From contig JACQCQ010000008.1 in the NCBI GenBank assembly GCA_016201505.1, positions 1 through 42,835 on the forward strand: DNA of 42,835 nucleotides. Reading direction: 5' to 3'. This stretch comes from Candidatus Sungiibacteriota bacterium (GTDB taxonomy: Bacteria; Patescibacteriota; Minisyncoccia; Sungbacterales; JACQCQ01). Under the pieces are notes generated by a model. It was given only the letters and a program-made list of their open reading frames with translations. It was not told where the DNA came from and made no database searches. Both the position numbers and the translations under genes were made by a program. Positions 9,965 through 19,241 of this stretch are shown piece after piece; within the stretch, counting starts at the first letter, position 1; each line of letters opens with the position of its first letter.

Positions 9965-10717
9965 TCACGTCGCCTCAGTGAAGTACAGCCGAGCGCGCTC
10001 CAGATTGAGATCATCTGCTGGCTTGTTCCGTAAGCGGCTTTCCGCATCGATGGAGAGGCCCGGGAACTCTTCGAGGAGCGGCTCGAGGAGTTGAATCGAC
10101 TGCGCATCGAGCCCTCCGGCGATGCCGAGACCGAGATCCCAGCCACGCTCGGCAATGGCGCGAAGAAACATCCGTGCTGATTCCGTGTTAAAAGGCTCCC
10201 CCTTCCCACCGGAGGGATCGATGAGAACGTCGTCAACGACCCCGGCATAATCTTCCAGACGATCAGAGACCTCCCGGGGATCGTGATTCATCTCCCCCAT
10301 TGCGCGACGTCCGATCTGGAGAACGATGCGTGGCTCCCATCCAAAAGCTCGTCGGTAATCATCAAGGAGTCGTGTCTCGGGCCACGCCATGTTGAGCTGG
10401 AATCCATGGAGATGCGGGCCCGCCAGCTCGTGGAGTCGAACAAGATCGCCGAGCGCCCCCATCTCGTTGTCCGTGTTGTAGTGGATAAGGTTCACCATGT
10501 TGAGATGCGCGGTGAAGATCGACTTTATGTCTTCGACCTTCGGGTAGCGCCCCGGCCATTTGTTGGTAAGGCCCACGAGCGTCTTTGAGCTTGCGAGCAC
10601 ACCGGACATGAGCCACCTGACCGGATTCTTGGTAGCGAGCGAATGCTGCACTCCCGCCATCCAGACCACTTCGTGCATAGTCATGAACCCTGTGATCCCA
10701 ATGTACGGTGGCTTCAT
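9965..10717 (-). CDS. Hypothetical TIM-barrel protein (remotely TrpF-like)
   Basis: YIGITGF, LIDPSGGKG, GIAGGL and IDAESRL resemble phosphate-binding barrel strands; SD GGAGG upstream. Confidence 0.6.
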   Translation of the reverse strand: MKPPYIGITGFMTMHEVVWMAGVQHSLATKNPVRWLMSGVLASSKTLVGLTNKWPGRYPKVEDIKSIFTAHLNMVNLIHYNTDNEMGALGDLVRLHELAGPHLHGFQLNMAWPETRLLDDYRRAFGWEPRIVLQIGRRAMGEMNHDPREVSDRLEDYAGVVDDVLIDPSGGKGEPFNTESARMFLRAIAERGWDLGLGIAGGLDAQSIQLLEPLLEEFPGLSIDAESRLRNKPADDLNLERARLYFTEAT

Positions 10718-10805
10718 TGCTTTCCCCTCCCTTTCTCTCAAAGATCAATATCTTAGGCTTGCAAATTATAACGTAATATCAAATATGTCAACGCGACTAA
10801 AGTGA

Positions 10806-11162
10806 TTACCGTCTAAAAAGGGACAAAAATGCCTGCCAAATTGAGGCAAAAAATCCGCGGGAGGTGGTTGAGGCGGAGCTGGTTGGCGACTGGATTATGA
10901 CCACGACTTCTTCGCCGGGCTTCTTTTCATTGAGCCGGGCTTTAGCGTCACGTTCGATGGCTTCGGGGGTGTTGGCGATACGCAGCTCCTCGCCTAATTT
11001 TTTGTTTTCTGCATTATAGTAAGAAGTTTTATCTTCGATTTTTGATTCGGAGACGCTCAAGCTGTAATAGGCACGCCAAACGCGGAAAATTTTTACCGAC
11101 ATCCAAATGATGAGGCTGATTAAAATAATAGACACGATCGGCGACTTCAAGATCTTTGACAT
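10806..11162 (-). CDS. Septum formation initiator family protein (FtsB/DivIC-like)
   Basis: TM helix, coiled coil, IERDAKARLNEKKPGEEVV. Confidence 0.8.
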   Translation of the reverse strand: MSKILKSPIVSIILISLIIWMSVKIFRVWRAYYSLSVSESKIEDKTSYYNAENKKLGEELRIANTPEAIERDAKARLNEKKPGEEVVVIIQSPTSSASTTSRGFFASIWQAFLSLFRR

Positions 11163-11201
11163 TGGGATTGGAATTTCCTAAAGTATACAGGACTTATGGA
11201 T

Positions 11202-11302
11202 CCCGTTAGAAGCCGCGATCGCGGAAACGGGGTAATGGAAGTATACTAAACTATAATTCAGCCAGCAGACAGAGATTTTGATCGCGATCTGCTTCTAACG
11301 GG
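11202..11302. repeat. CCCGTTAGA..TCTAACGGG inverted-repeat element (101 bp)
   Basis: CCCGTTAGAAGC / GCTTCTAACGGG ends, flanked by ATGGA on both sides. Confidence 0.85.
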
Positions 11303-11419
11303 ATGGAGAAGAAATCGAGAAAGAAAGCGGCGAGTATCGTCTGGATGATAATATCCGTCATCGCCATAGCTTCAATGGTGGCTTTTACATTTCTCCCCTT
11401 GCTCACTCTTCGACAGTAA
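11303..11419 (+). CDS. Small single-pass membrane protein (38 aa)
   Basis: MEKKSRKKAASIVWMIISVIAIASMVAFTFLPLLTLRQ: basic N-terminus plus TM helix; below the ORF-track cutoff. Confidence 0.65.
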   Translation: MEKKSRKKAASIVWMIISVIAIASMVAFTFLPLLTLRQ

Positions 11420-11448
11420 ACCGGGACAGCATAAATCAGAAATCGATG

Positions 11449-11486
11449 TATACCTTATCCCACGCTATAGCGTGGGATAAGGTATA
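11449..11486. repeat. Perfect 38-bp palindrome
   Basis: TATACCTTATCCCACGCTA|TAGCGTGGGATAAGGTATA, between convergent genes. Confidence 0.95.
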
Positions 11487-11549
11487 AGCAAATGAGGGGT
11501 AAATGGAAAGTAAAAAGTAATATGCGGACCGATAAGGAAATTGGGACCT

Positions 11550-13412
11550 TCAAGATCTCTTCAGCATTTTTAAAAACACGTCGGGCGGAATTTGAACACT
11601 CCCCATGCCAAGACCCGCCAGTTTTTTCTTGCCCTTTTTCTGTTTTTTCCAGAGCTTCATTTTTCTGGTTCTATCGCCGCCGTATAAATAGCCCGTTACG
11701 TCTTTTGACATAGCCGACAACGTCTCGCGCGCAATGACGCGGCCGGCAACCGTCGCTTGTATCGGTACGGCAAAAACCTGCGAAGGCAGAAGCGACTTTA
11801 ATTTTGCCACAATGCGTTTTCCTTCCTCATAGGCTTCGTCTTTCGTGATGACGACAGAAAATGCCCGCTCACGGCGTTCGGCAACTAAGATATCAAGCCG
11901 CACCAGATCCCCCGTTTCGTATCCCCCCAACTCGTAACCCATCGAGGCATAGCCGGAAGTCGCACTCTTTAGCCGGTCGTACAAATCAACAATGACTTCT
12001 TTTAGCGGCATCTCGTATTGGATGAGAATTCGCGCAGCGGAAAGGTAATTGGTTTCGACAAATCGGGCGCGTGTTGTCTCAAACAATTTTAAAATTCTGC
12101 CCTGATAGTCAGCGGGCGCAATAACCTCAAGCCGCACCCAAGGCTCGGCAATGGAAAGAATCTCACCTGCTTCGGGGATATCAGCGGCAGAGAAGACGGT
12201 CATCTCGCCGCCCTTTTTTAGCCTCACTTTATATGAAACGGAGGGCGTCGACACCAAAGTTTCAAGCCCGAACTCGCGCTTGACGCGTTCTGAAATAATT
12301 TCTAAATGCAGCATGCCTAAAAATCCAACCCGAAATCCGCGGCCCCAGGCTTCTGAGGCTTCAATTTCATAGGTGAGCGCGGCGTCATTTAGTTTTAATT
12401 TATTGAGTGCGTCTTGGAGTTTAAGAAAATCATCGGCCTCTGTCGGATACATCGAAGCAAACACGACGGGTTTTGGTTCTGCGTATCCGGGCAGCGGAGC
12501 GGCCAAAATATTTCCTTTTTCGACGATCGTGTCGCCAACGCGGATGCCGGTTTCTTTTAAGCCTGTCGCGATATAGCCGATTTCGCCCCCAGCCAATGAA
12601 TCTGCTGCTTGCATCTGGGGTTTAAAATAGCCGACTTCCAAAACTTCGGCGGCGATTTTTGTTTTGAGCATGATGATTGAGCTGGCTTTTTTGATACTTC
12701 CTGACATTACACGGACGTAGGCGATAACGCCTTTATACTGATCGAACTGCGAATCAAAAATTAAAGCCTTGAATCCTCCATTTGATTTTTTCGGCGGGGG
12801 AATACGGAGAATAATTTGTGCAAACAATTCATCAATGCCTTCGCCCGTTTTACCCGATACGCAAAGGACTGAACCTTCGGGGACCTCGAGGAGAGAGGCA
12901 ATTTCCGAAACTGCGCCTTCGATATCTGCGCCCAGCATGTCAATTTTATTTACGACCGGGATAATCGCGAGCCCCTCTTTTTTAGCCACATGCAAGTTAG
13001 CAATGGTTTGCGCTTGGATGCCCTGGGTCGCGTCCACCAGCAAGACGGCGCCTTCAACCGCAGCCAGCGCACGAGAAACCTCGTAGCCAAAATCAACATG
13101 CCCGGGAGTATCAATCAGATTCAGAATATATTCTGAATCTGAAAATTCTAAATTCAAAGCACTAGATTCTAAATTTTTTAGGATTTCGGATTTAGAGTTT
13201 CGGATTTCCGTATGATTTGGTCTCCAAATCATACGGACGGGCTGCATCTTAATCGTAATCCCCCGCTCACGCTCTAAATCCATTTGGTCCAAAACCTGCT
13301 CACGCATTTTGCGATCTTCAATCGTATGCGTTCGCTCAAGCAACCGATCCGCCAGAGTGCTTTTCCCATGGTCTATATGTGCGATAATTACAAAGTTTCT
13401 TATCTGGCTCAT
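11550..13412 (-). CDS. lepA: Elongation factor 4 (LepA) with an in-frame repeat-derived insertion
   Basis: IRNFVIIAHIDHGKSTLADR, ERERGITIK, DTPGHVDF, GFLGMLH, YGGD.TRK.KL. Confidence 0.96.
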   Translation of the reverse strand: MSQIRNFVIIAHIDHGKSTLADRLLERTHTIEDRKMREQVLDQMDLERERGITIKMQPVRMIWRPNHTEIRNSKSEILKNLESSALNLEFSDSEYILNLIDTPGHVDFGYEVSRALAAVEGAVLLVDATQGIQAQTIANLHVAKKEGLAIIPVVNKIDMLGADIEGAVSEIASLLEVPEGSVLCVSGKTGEGIDELFAQIILRIPPPKKSNGGFKALIFDSQFDQYKGVIAYVRVMSGSIKKASSIIMLKTKIAAEVLEVGYFKPQMQAADSLAGGEIGYIATGLKETGIRVGDTIVEKGNILAAPLPGYAEPKPVVFASMYPTEADDFLKLQDALNKLKLNDAALTYEIEASEAWGRGFRVGFLGMLHLEIISERVKREFGLETLVSTPSVSYKVRLKKGGEMTVFSAADIPEAGEILSIAEPWVRLEVIAPADYQGRILKLFETTRARFVETNYLSAARILIQYEMPLKEVIVDLYDRLKSATSGYASMGYELGGYETGDLVRLDILVAERRERAFSVVITKDEAYEEGKRIVAKLKSLLPSQVFAVPIQATVAGRVIARETLSAMSKDVTGYLYGGDRTRKMKLWKKQKKGKKKLAGLGMGSVQIPPDVFLKMLKRS

Positions 13413-13537
13413 GAGTTTCCAGGATTAACCCCGTTAGAGATCCGATTTGTGTGCGACAAATCGGCGTCAAGCTGTACTGGCTTATCTCTAACGGGGTCAA
13501 TATGGGCAATGATTACGAAATTTCTGATTTTAAGCAT
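13409..13537 (-). pseudogene. Duplicated lepA 5' fragment carrying a CCCGTTAGA element
   Basis: MLKIRNFVIIAHID-PVRDK...RISNG-VNPGNS*; the stop overlaps the lepA ATG. Confidence 0.8.
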
Positions 13538-13568
13538 GTCGAATATTAGCAGATAGCGATGCTACCCG

Positions 13569-15269
13569 CTAGCGAAAAGCCGCTCTATCCTCATCAATTT
13601 CTTGTGGCAGAATCGCGGGCTTAATGAGACGGCGGCGGAAGGGTTCGATGAAAGCATTCACCTGCTCACTGCCCAACATATACATAATCCCCGTGTAAAA
13701 AGCGGCCGCAACCATGAAGGTTGCACCGCCCTGCAACAGTACATGCAAAAATGTATCGAGTGGAATGTAGAGTGAAAGAAGATATAAAACTCCGTAGCCG
13801 ATGAATGTTGCGGCAATGGAGGCAAAGATGATTTTAAGTCCGGAGGCCAGCGTTTTTAATGGAATCCCGCCGCCGCCAAAATATTTCTTTGACTCGCGCG
13901 AGAGCGCCACCCAAAGAAAAATGAGATCGAGCAAATCACCTAAGGCGAATGCGAGTGCAAGTCCCAAAACCCCGACATCGTGCAAATCACCGACTTTTAG
14001 AAGATCGGCAATCAATTTGCCGGAGGCTCGGTGAGTGGTAAAAAGTGTCAGCAGAAAAGGCGCCAGCCCGATGACAAAGACGGTTGTAAAGAGCGAGGTG
14101 AAGAATGGGAGTTTCGTGTTGCCGATGGCATAAAAGGAGCGAATAAAAAGCGTGGCCAGACTCTCGCCGATAATGGCGAAGGCAAGTATGGCCAGTGTCG
14201 CGGCCGTAAGCCGCGTATCAACCCAGCTAAAGTGACCGGCTCCCAGGGCGAGCCGCACGACATGCGCGCGCAAAATTAAAAGAAAGCAGGCCAGCGGCAC
14301 CACCCAAAATAAAATTGATTCAATTAAAGCCGATAAATCCTCAAAGAATCCCTCTTTTGATTTTTTGGCCGCATGCTCGGCTAATCGAGAAAATCCAGCC
14401 ACCGAATACGAGACGCCGAAAATCCCGACTGGAATGAAACGCAAATTATCAGCGAGGCGAAACACTGCCACACTCCCGGCGGCCAACGTCGACGCGAGCG
14501 CCACCAGCATAACCGAAATAATCTGATCGAGCGAGAGCGCGGCGACCCGCGGAATCGAAACTAAAAAAACGTTTTTAATTTCAGGAATTTTTTTAAAGCT
14601 TAAAAACTGCGGCCGGAACGAAAGCGCACCAAGCGCCGGAATCTGCACTGCCATATGGAGGAAGGCTCCCAAAATAACCCCGTAGGCGAGCCCCTGCGGC
14701 CCAAAAACAGGTACAAAGGCGAGAATGCCGATAATAATACCGAGATTATAAAGAATTGAGGTGAGGGCAAATACGATAAATTGGCGATTGGCCTGTATGA
14801 CTGAGGAGAAAATATTGGAAACGCCGAGAAATATGGGCGAGATCATCATGATACGCGTCATGGTGATCATGAGAGCCCGCGAGGCGGGATCAAAACCGGG
14901 CGCAACGAGGCGCACGATGAAGGGGGCAAATATCGCAACGATTAAGGAGACGAGCGCCGCCGCCAGTGAGAAGATGATGAGCAATCCCCCAATGAATTCT
15001 TCGGCCTTTTTTTTATCGCGTTCCCAAATCGATATGAAGGTCGGCAAAATGGCCGCCGAGGCGGCACCAATCAAAAATAGCGTGTAAAGGAAATCCGGAA
15101 TTTGGAATGAGGCGTAGTAGATGTCGAGAGTACGCGAGGCTCCATAATGCGAGGCCAGCAGGCGGTCGCGGAAAAGTCCTAAAATTCTCGATAAAAACCC
15201 AGCGGCCCCGATGAGAAAGGCCGCTGCGTGAATCGATGAGATTTCTTTTTTCCAGAACGGTAAGACCAT
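13569..15269 (-). CDS. murJ: Lipid II flippase MurJ/MviN
   Basis: SRILGLFRDRLLA..YGA, F.IPD, about 14 TM segments. Confidence 0.92.
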   Translation of the reverse strand: MVLPFWKKEISSIHAAAFLIGAAGFLSRILGLFRDRLLASHYGASRTLDIYYASFQIPDFLYTLFLIGAASAAILPTFISIWERDKKKAEEFIGGLLIIFSLAAALVSLIVAIFAPFIVRLVAPGFDPASRALMITMTRIMMISPIFLGVSNIFSSVIQANRQFIVFALTSILYNLGIIIGILAFVPVFGPQGLAYGVILGAFLHMAVQIPALGALSFRPQFLSFKKIPEIKNVFLVSIPRVAALSLDQIISVMLVALASTLAAGSVAVFRLADNLRFIPVGIFGVSYSVAGFSRLAEHAAKKSKEGFFEDLSALIESILFWVVPLACFLLILRAHVVRLALGAGHFSWVDTRLTAATLAILAFAIIGESLATLFIRSFYAIGNTKLPFFTSLFTTVFVIGLAPFLLTLFTTHRASGKLIADLLKVGDLHDVGVLGLALAFALGDLLDLIFLWVALSRESKKYFGGGGIPLKTLASGLKIIFASIAATFIGYGVLYLLSLYIPLDTFLHVLLQGGATFMVAAAFYTGIMYMLGSEQVNAFIEPFRRRLIKPAILPQEIDEDRAAFR

Positions 15270-15289
15270 CGGCTGATGAGAACGTACTG

Positions 15290-17839
15290 CTACTTAGACG
15301 GCTGGCCGGAATCACTCACGGGAGGCTGTTTTCGCTGTGTAGGCGAGGGGGCGGGCGGCGAGATAGTGGCCAGAGCCGGTTTTCCGGCATGGAGATTTGC
15401 CAGAATGGTTTTGATTTCTTGATTATCGGGATTTAAGGCCTCGATTTTTTCGAACTCACCGATGGCTTTGTCTTTTTGACCGTTCTTGTCATAGATCAAT
15501 CCGAGGAAATAACGCGCATTGGAATAATTATCATTGATCGAGACGGCGCGCTCGAATTCCGCCTGGGCTCGCGCGAAGTCATTCGATTGGTAGTACAGCA
15601 CACCGAGTTGAAACGCGACACCGATATCAAAGGGTGCCAAGTTTTTTACCTGTTCAACCTGCTGGATAGCTCGCGGCAAATTTCCTTGCCTGATTAAAAC
15701 CTGGGCGAGCAGGTAATTCGACTGGGCCAGATCCGGTTTTAATTGAATCGAATGCTCGAGTGCAATGCGCGCGCCTTCCAAACCATTTCGTCCATCGGCC
15801 AGGATAGCACCCGCCGTATCCTGCGAGAGGCCGGGTTGGGAAAGCAGCAGCTGGTCTCGATCGACTAAAGCCACATAGGTCGTCGCCTTGCTGTAATCAT
15901 AGGTCGGGTTATAGGGATCGGTTTTTAAGGCATTATCAAATTGCTGAACGGCCAACTTTTCAGACCCCGAGATGAAGGGAACGATTGACTGATAGACATT
16001 CCCCAGGGATACCCAATTGAGCGAGTCGCTCGGGTTAATTTGCGTCGCCCGCTGTGAGGCCGCAATGGCTGATTGCACAGTATTCTGAAAATCAACCTGG
16101 AGATTGGCGCGATTGGCTCCACCTTGGGAGGCTTGCGAGATGATTCCCTGAAGCTTGGTGAGCAACATTTGAGAAAGTCCTCGGTAATAGGCATCATTGT
16201 TGGGATCAAGCGAGGTGGCGCGCGTGGTGCGTGTGATGGCATCATCAACATGGCTCTCTGAAAAAAGATTCGCGCCTGCGGCAAAATAATATGCGGCGAT
16301 GTATTGCTCCACGGTGCTATACAGCAGTGTAATGCCGCCAACCATCAAAAATATGATGGCCAGCGAGGTCGCGAAGGTTACCCAGGGCGCAGTGAAGGCG
16401 ATTGTTCGTTCGGATATTCTCCACCAGGATGGAGAAAATTCCGGTTCGTAGACTTCGGCAATGCGACTCACTAAAATCCCGAGCAAGACGAACACCGTGG
16501 TCCATAGCGTGAACGTGCTGGAATAGAGCGATAAAGCAATAAAGGAAAAAATGACCGCCACACTTCCGGCTATGAAAATTGGATTATCATCAATGGTCCG
16601 TGCAATTTGACGCAACAAAGAGCCAATGACCACAACAGCGAAGATAATCAAGGCGAGAACACCGAGCGCCCCGGTTGTGGCGAGCGAGGTCGTAAGAAAT
16701 GATGAACCGTTGTTAAACCTGACACCCCAAAAGTTTGTCTGATTGATGGACGGATCGCGATACATGCTGTAGTCGACACCAAACGTACCGGGGCCGGAAC
16801 CGAATACAATATTCTTTTTCAGCGCTTCTTTGGCAATAGTTAAGGTCGCTTTCAGCGAGGGTGAAACTTCGGCCGGTATCGCGCTGTTCTGCCAAACCGA
16901 AGCGCCGGAAAGCAGGAAGAAAATCACCAGAGCCAGAACCAGGAATGGCAAAGCCAAAGCCTTGGTGTCTAAAAATGATCGATCAGACTCGGAAAACGAC
17001 TGATGCAGAACTCGGAATCTGAAGGCGAGAATCACCACAATCGAAGCCAACAGTCCGATCCATACCGTCTTAAAGTTTAAAATCACAAGGTTGGCAAAGA
17101 GCGTTGCGGCCATGAGATAGAGGAGTCTTTGTACATTTTTCGAAAGGCCGGCATTTTCAGAGGTCAGCAGGCTCAGCGCAAAAACGAAGAAAATGCCAAG
17201 CATAACAGCCAGCGCATTCGTCGTGCCAATCGTGTTAACATCGGCGCGAGCCAAAGCCGCAATTGGTATGATTTTGGGTGCTATCAGCTGGACGAGAGAG
17301 AAAATCGAAAGCAGAAAACCTCCGGCCAGCAGCCAGCCAGCGTATCTTTGGGATTCTTCTTGATTTAAAATCACACCACCCGAGACAAAAAAGACGGCCG
17401 CCAAAACAAGAAACGAGATGAATCGCTCGCCAACCAAATCGCCGGCAAGCAACCCTTTTAATGCCTGGGGCGAGAAGAGAGTTGAGAGGAAAAGAACCAG
17501 CAGCAGCAAGAGTACCGCGGCATTAACGAGCGAGCGTTTATAGTAAACCCGACCGGAAAGAAGCGACTCTCCAAGCCAGGCGATAAAGGATACGAGAGCC
17601 AAAACCGAAACGACAACCTGCTTGATTAAGGTTGCCGGAACCGTCGAGTTCGAAAACAAAAGCGGGCTCGCAAAAGCGATGGCATACAAAGACCAGCGCG
17701 CAATTTTGCGCCAGACGCTTTCTTCGGAAATAACAACTGCTTCATCGACTTCTCGGACCTCACCGACTTCTCGGACCTCACCCTCGGCGAAACCGGCGCC
17801 GGCGAATCCGCCAAACCAGGCTCGAATATTCATATTCAT
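15290..17839 (-). CDS. Polytopic membrane protein (O-antigen ligase-like) with C-terminal TPR repeats
   Basis: About 13 TM helices, FGSGPGTF motif, TPR repeats (YSNARYFLGLIY). Confidence 0.8.
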   Translation of the reverse strand: MNMNIRAWFGGFAGAGFAEGEVREVGEVREVDEAVVISEESVWRKIARWSLYAIAFASPLLFSNSTVPATLIKQVVVSVLALVSFIAWLGESLLSGRVYYKRSLVNAAVLLLLLVLFLSTLFSPQALKGLLAGDLVGERFISFLVLAAVFFVSGGVILNQEESQRYAGWLLAGGFLLSIFSLVQLIAPKIIPIAALARADVNTIGTTNALAVMLGIFFVFALSLLTSENAGLSKNVQRLLYLMAATLFANLVILNFKTVWIGLLASIVVILAFRFRVLHQSFSESDRSFLDTKALALPFLVLALVIFFLLSGASVWQNSAIPAEVSPSLKATLTIAKEALKKNIVFGSGPGTFGVDYSMYRDPSINQTNFWGVRFNNGSSFLTTSLATTGALGVLALIIFAVVVIGSLLRQIARTIDDNPIFIAGSVAVIFSFIALSLYSSTFTLWTTVFVLLGILVSRIAEVYEPEFSPSWWRISERTIAFTAPWVTFATSLAIIFLMVGGITLLYSTVEQYIAAYYFAAGANLFSESHVDDAITRTTRATSLDPNNDAYYRGLSQMLLTKLQGIISQASQGGANRANLQVDFQNTVQSAIAASQRATQINPSDSLNWVSLGNVYQSIVPFISGSEKLAVQQFDNALKTDPYNPTYDYSKATTYVALVDRDQLLLSQPGLSQDTAGAILADGRNGLEGARIALEHSIQLKPDLAQSNYLLAQVLIRQGNLPRAIQQVEQVKNLAPFDIGVAFQLGVLYYQSNDFARAQAEFERAVSINDNYSNARYFLGLIYDKNGQKDKAIGEFEKIEALNPDNQEIKTILANLHAGKPALATISPPAPSPTQRKQPPVSDSGQPSK

Positions 17840-18021
17840 GGATTTAAAAATTATCGAACAATATGCTCGCGAAGGACTCGCGATCGTCTCCTTATCCCCA
17901 GAGTTTTAAATAGGATAAACAGTACCTACATCTTAGTGGCTAGGAAATGGCGGCGTCAACTGAAATAATACAGAGATCATCCCCTATTGCCAAAAGAGAA
18001 TTTCTAATATATAATCGAGCC

Positions 18022-18603
18022 ATCTTTTACATCGTTATGGCCGCCCCGCACTTTTATTAGCTTTTGAGCTAATAAAAGTGCGGGGAGGAAAGTCCGAACA
18101 CTTGACTCTTACATGAGTTGTCGTGATAGCGGCTAACGGCCGCCCCGAGTCGTGCATGGCATGGAAATTCGAAATTCGAAACCCTAAATTCTAAACAAAT
18201 TCGAAAACTCAAAACTTCGAAATTCAAAACGTTTAGGATTTAGCAATTAGGATTTAGGATTTGCGCGCTGTGCGCGGCCAAAGGTGAAAAGTAATCCGCG
18301 AAGGATTTCTCGTGATTGGTAACAGTCACGAGTGGAAAACCCTATCTAGTGCAAGGACAAACACCGTGCATGGCGCGGAAATTCGAGATTCGAACCCCTA
18401 AATTCTAAACAAATTCGAAAACTCAAAACTTCGAAATTCAAAACGTTTAGGATTTAGAAATTAGGATTTAGTGTTTCCGCGCCGTGCGCGGTGACAAGTA
18501 GTCCGCTCGACCCCGAGAGTAATCGAGGGGCTAGACAGATGGCCATACCGGCAAATGAAAATTTTGCCGAGAACAGAATTCGGCTTATGAATGTAACAAG
18601 ATA
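18022..18603 (+). ncRNA. rnpB: RNase P RNA with two ~126-nt hairpin insertions
   Basis: GAGGAAAGTCCGAAC near 18085 and AACAGAATTCGGCTTAT near 18572 (P4); P2 TATGGCC/GGCCATA; long P3 hairpin; ends approximate. Confidence 0.9.
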
Positions 18604-18609
18604 TCAAGG

Positions 18610-18640
18610 TCTCCGCCCTAAAAGCGGGGATTTTGTTTTA
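18610..18640 (+). terminator. Probable intrinsic terminator of rnpB
   Basis: TCTCCGC-loop-GCGGGGA followed by TTTTGTTTT. Confidence 0.6.
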
Positions 18641-18641
18641 T

Positions 18642-18815
18642 GAAGCCCCCACGGCCGTACGGCCGTGGTATCTCGCAATTCGCCTTCAGGCGGACTCTTG
18701 CGAGATCAGCGGAATCCGCCAAAGCATCTACCCTTCAACTTAGCTCGGGGTTATCCGCCGCTTTTCGCATTCATCCACCGGTTTAGGCTAGTGGTCTTTT
18801 GCGCCGGCAGATAAA
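18642..18815. repeat. REP-like multi-hairpin element
   Basis: CCACGGCCGTACGGCCGTGG hairpin at the left and a degenerate CCAC..GTGG hairpin at the right. Confidence 0.5.
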
Positions 18816-18844
18816 AAATTGTGCGGGCCCACGAGGGCCCGCAC
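18815..18844 (-). terminator. Terminator of the 18849-19181 gene
   Basis: GTGCGGGCCC-loop-GGGCCCGCAC followed by AATTTTTT on the minus strand. Confidence 0.7.
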
Positions 18845-18848
18845 GGAA

Positions 18849-19181
18849 TCACGCCAGATGACTGACCAGATTGAACGGCGCTTCGCACTTTCTCGAACTG
18901 TCTTGCGCCAGCCTGGTGGCTAACTCGCGAGCCAGCTGGAGTAGCAAGTGCCTCAGCTCTTCTACGTCATTTGCCGCGGATCGAATTTCGGAGAGAGCCT
19001 CCGACACTTCAGGCAGAGGGAGCTGCATTTCCGCTTGCAACGATGAGCTGTCGCACGGCACGCCGATTCGCTCGAGCTCCCTAACTGATTCCACCAGAAC
19101 GCCGAAGGCGGTTCCGTTGCACCTCCGCGCAACATCGACTATGAGACCGTCCCAGAGATCTTTCCTCGGGATTTCGGCCAT
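18849..19181 (-). CDS. Hypothetical protein
   Basis: ORF with GGGGGGTGA SD-like sequence and a downstream terminator. Confidence 0.6.
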   Translation of the reverse strand: MAEIPRKDLWDGLIVDVARRCNGTAFGVLVESVRELERIGVPCDSSSLQAEMQLPLPEVSEALSEIRSAANDVEELRHLLLQLARELATRLAQDSSRKCEAPFNLVSHLA

Positions 19182-19241
19182 GTCTCACCCCCCGTTTTTG
19201 ATGGCAAACCCATCTTAAGCAAAAAACCAAGTTCGTACAAC

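Noticed and set aside
17745-17781. 18-bp tandem duplication (EVREVG/EVREVD) near the start of the TPR membrane protein
   Set aside because: Simple slippage in a low-complexity N-terminus, with no further structure.
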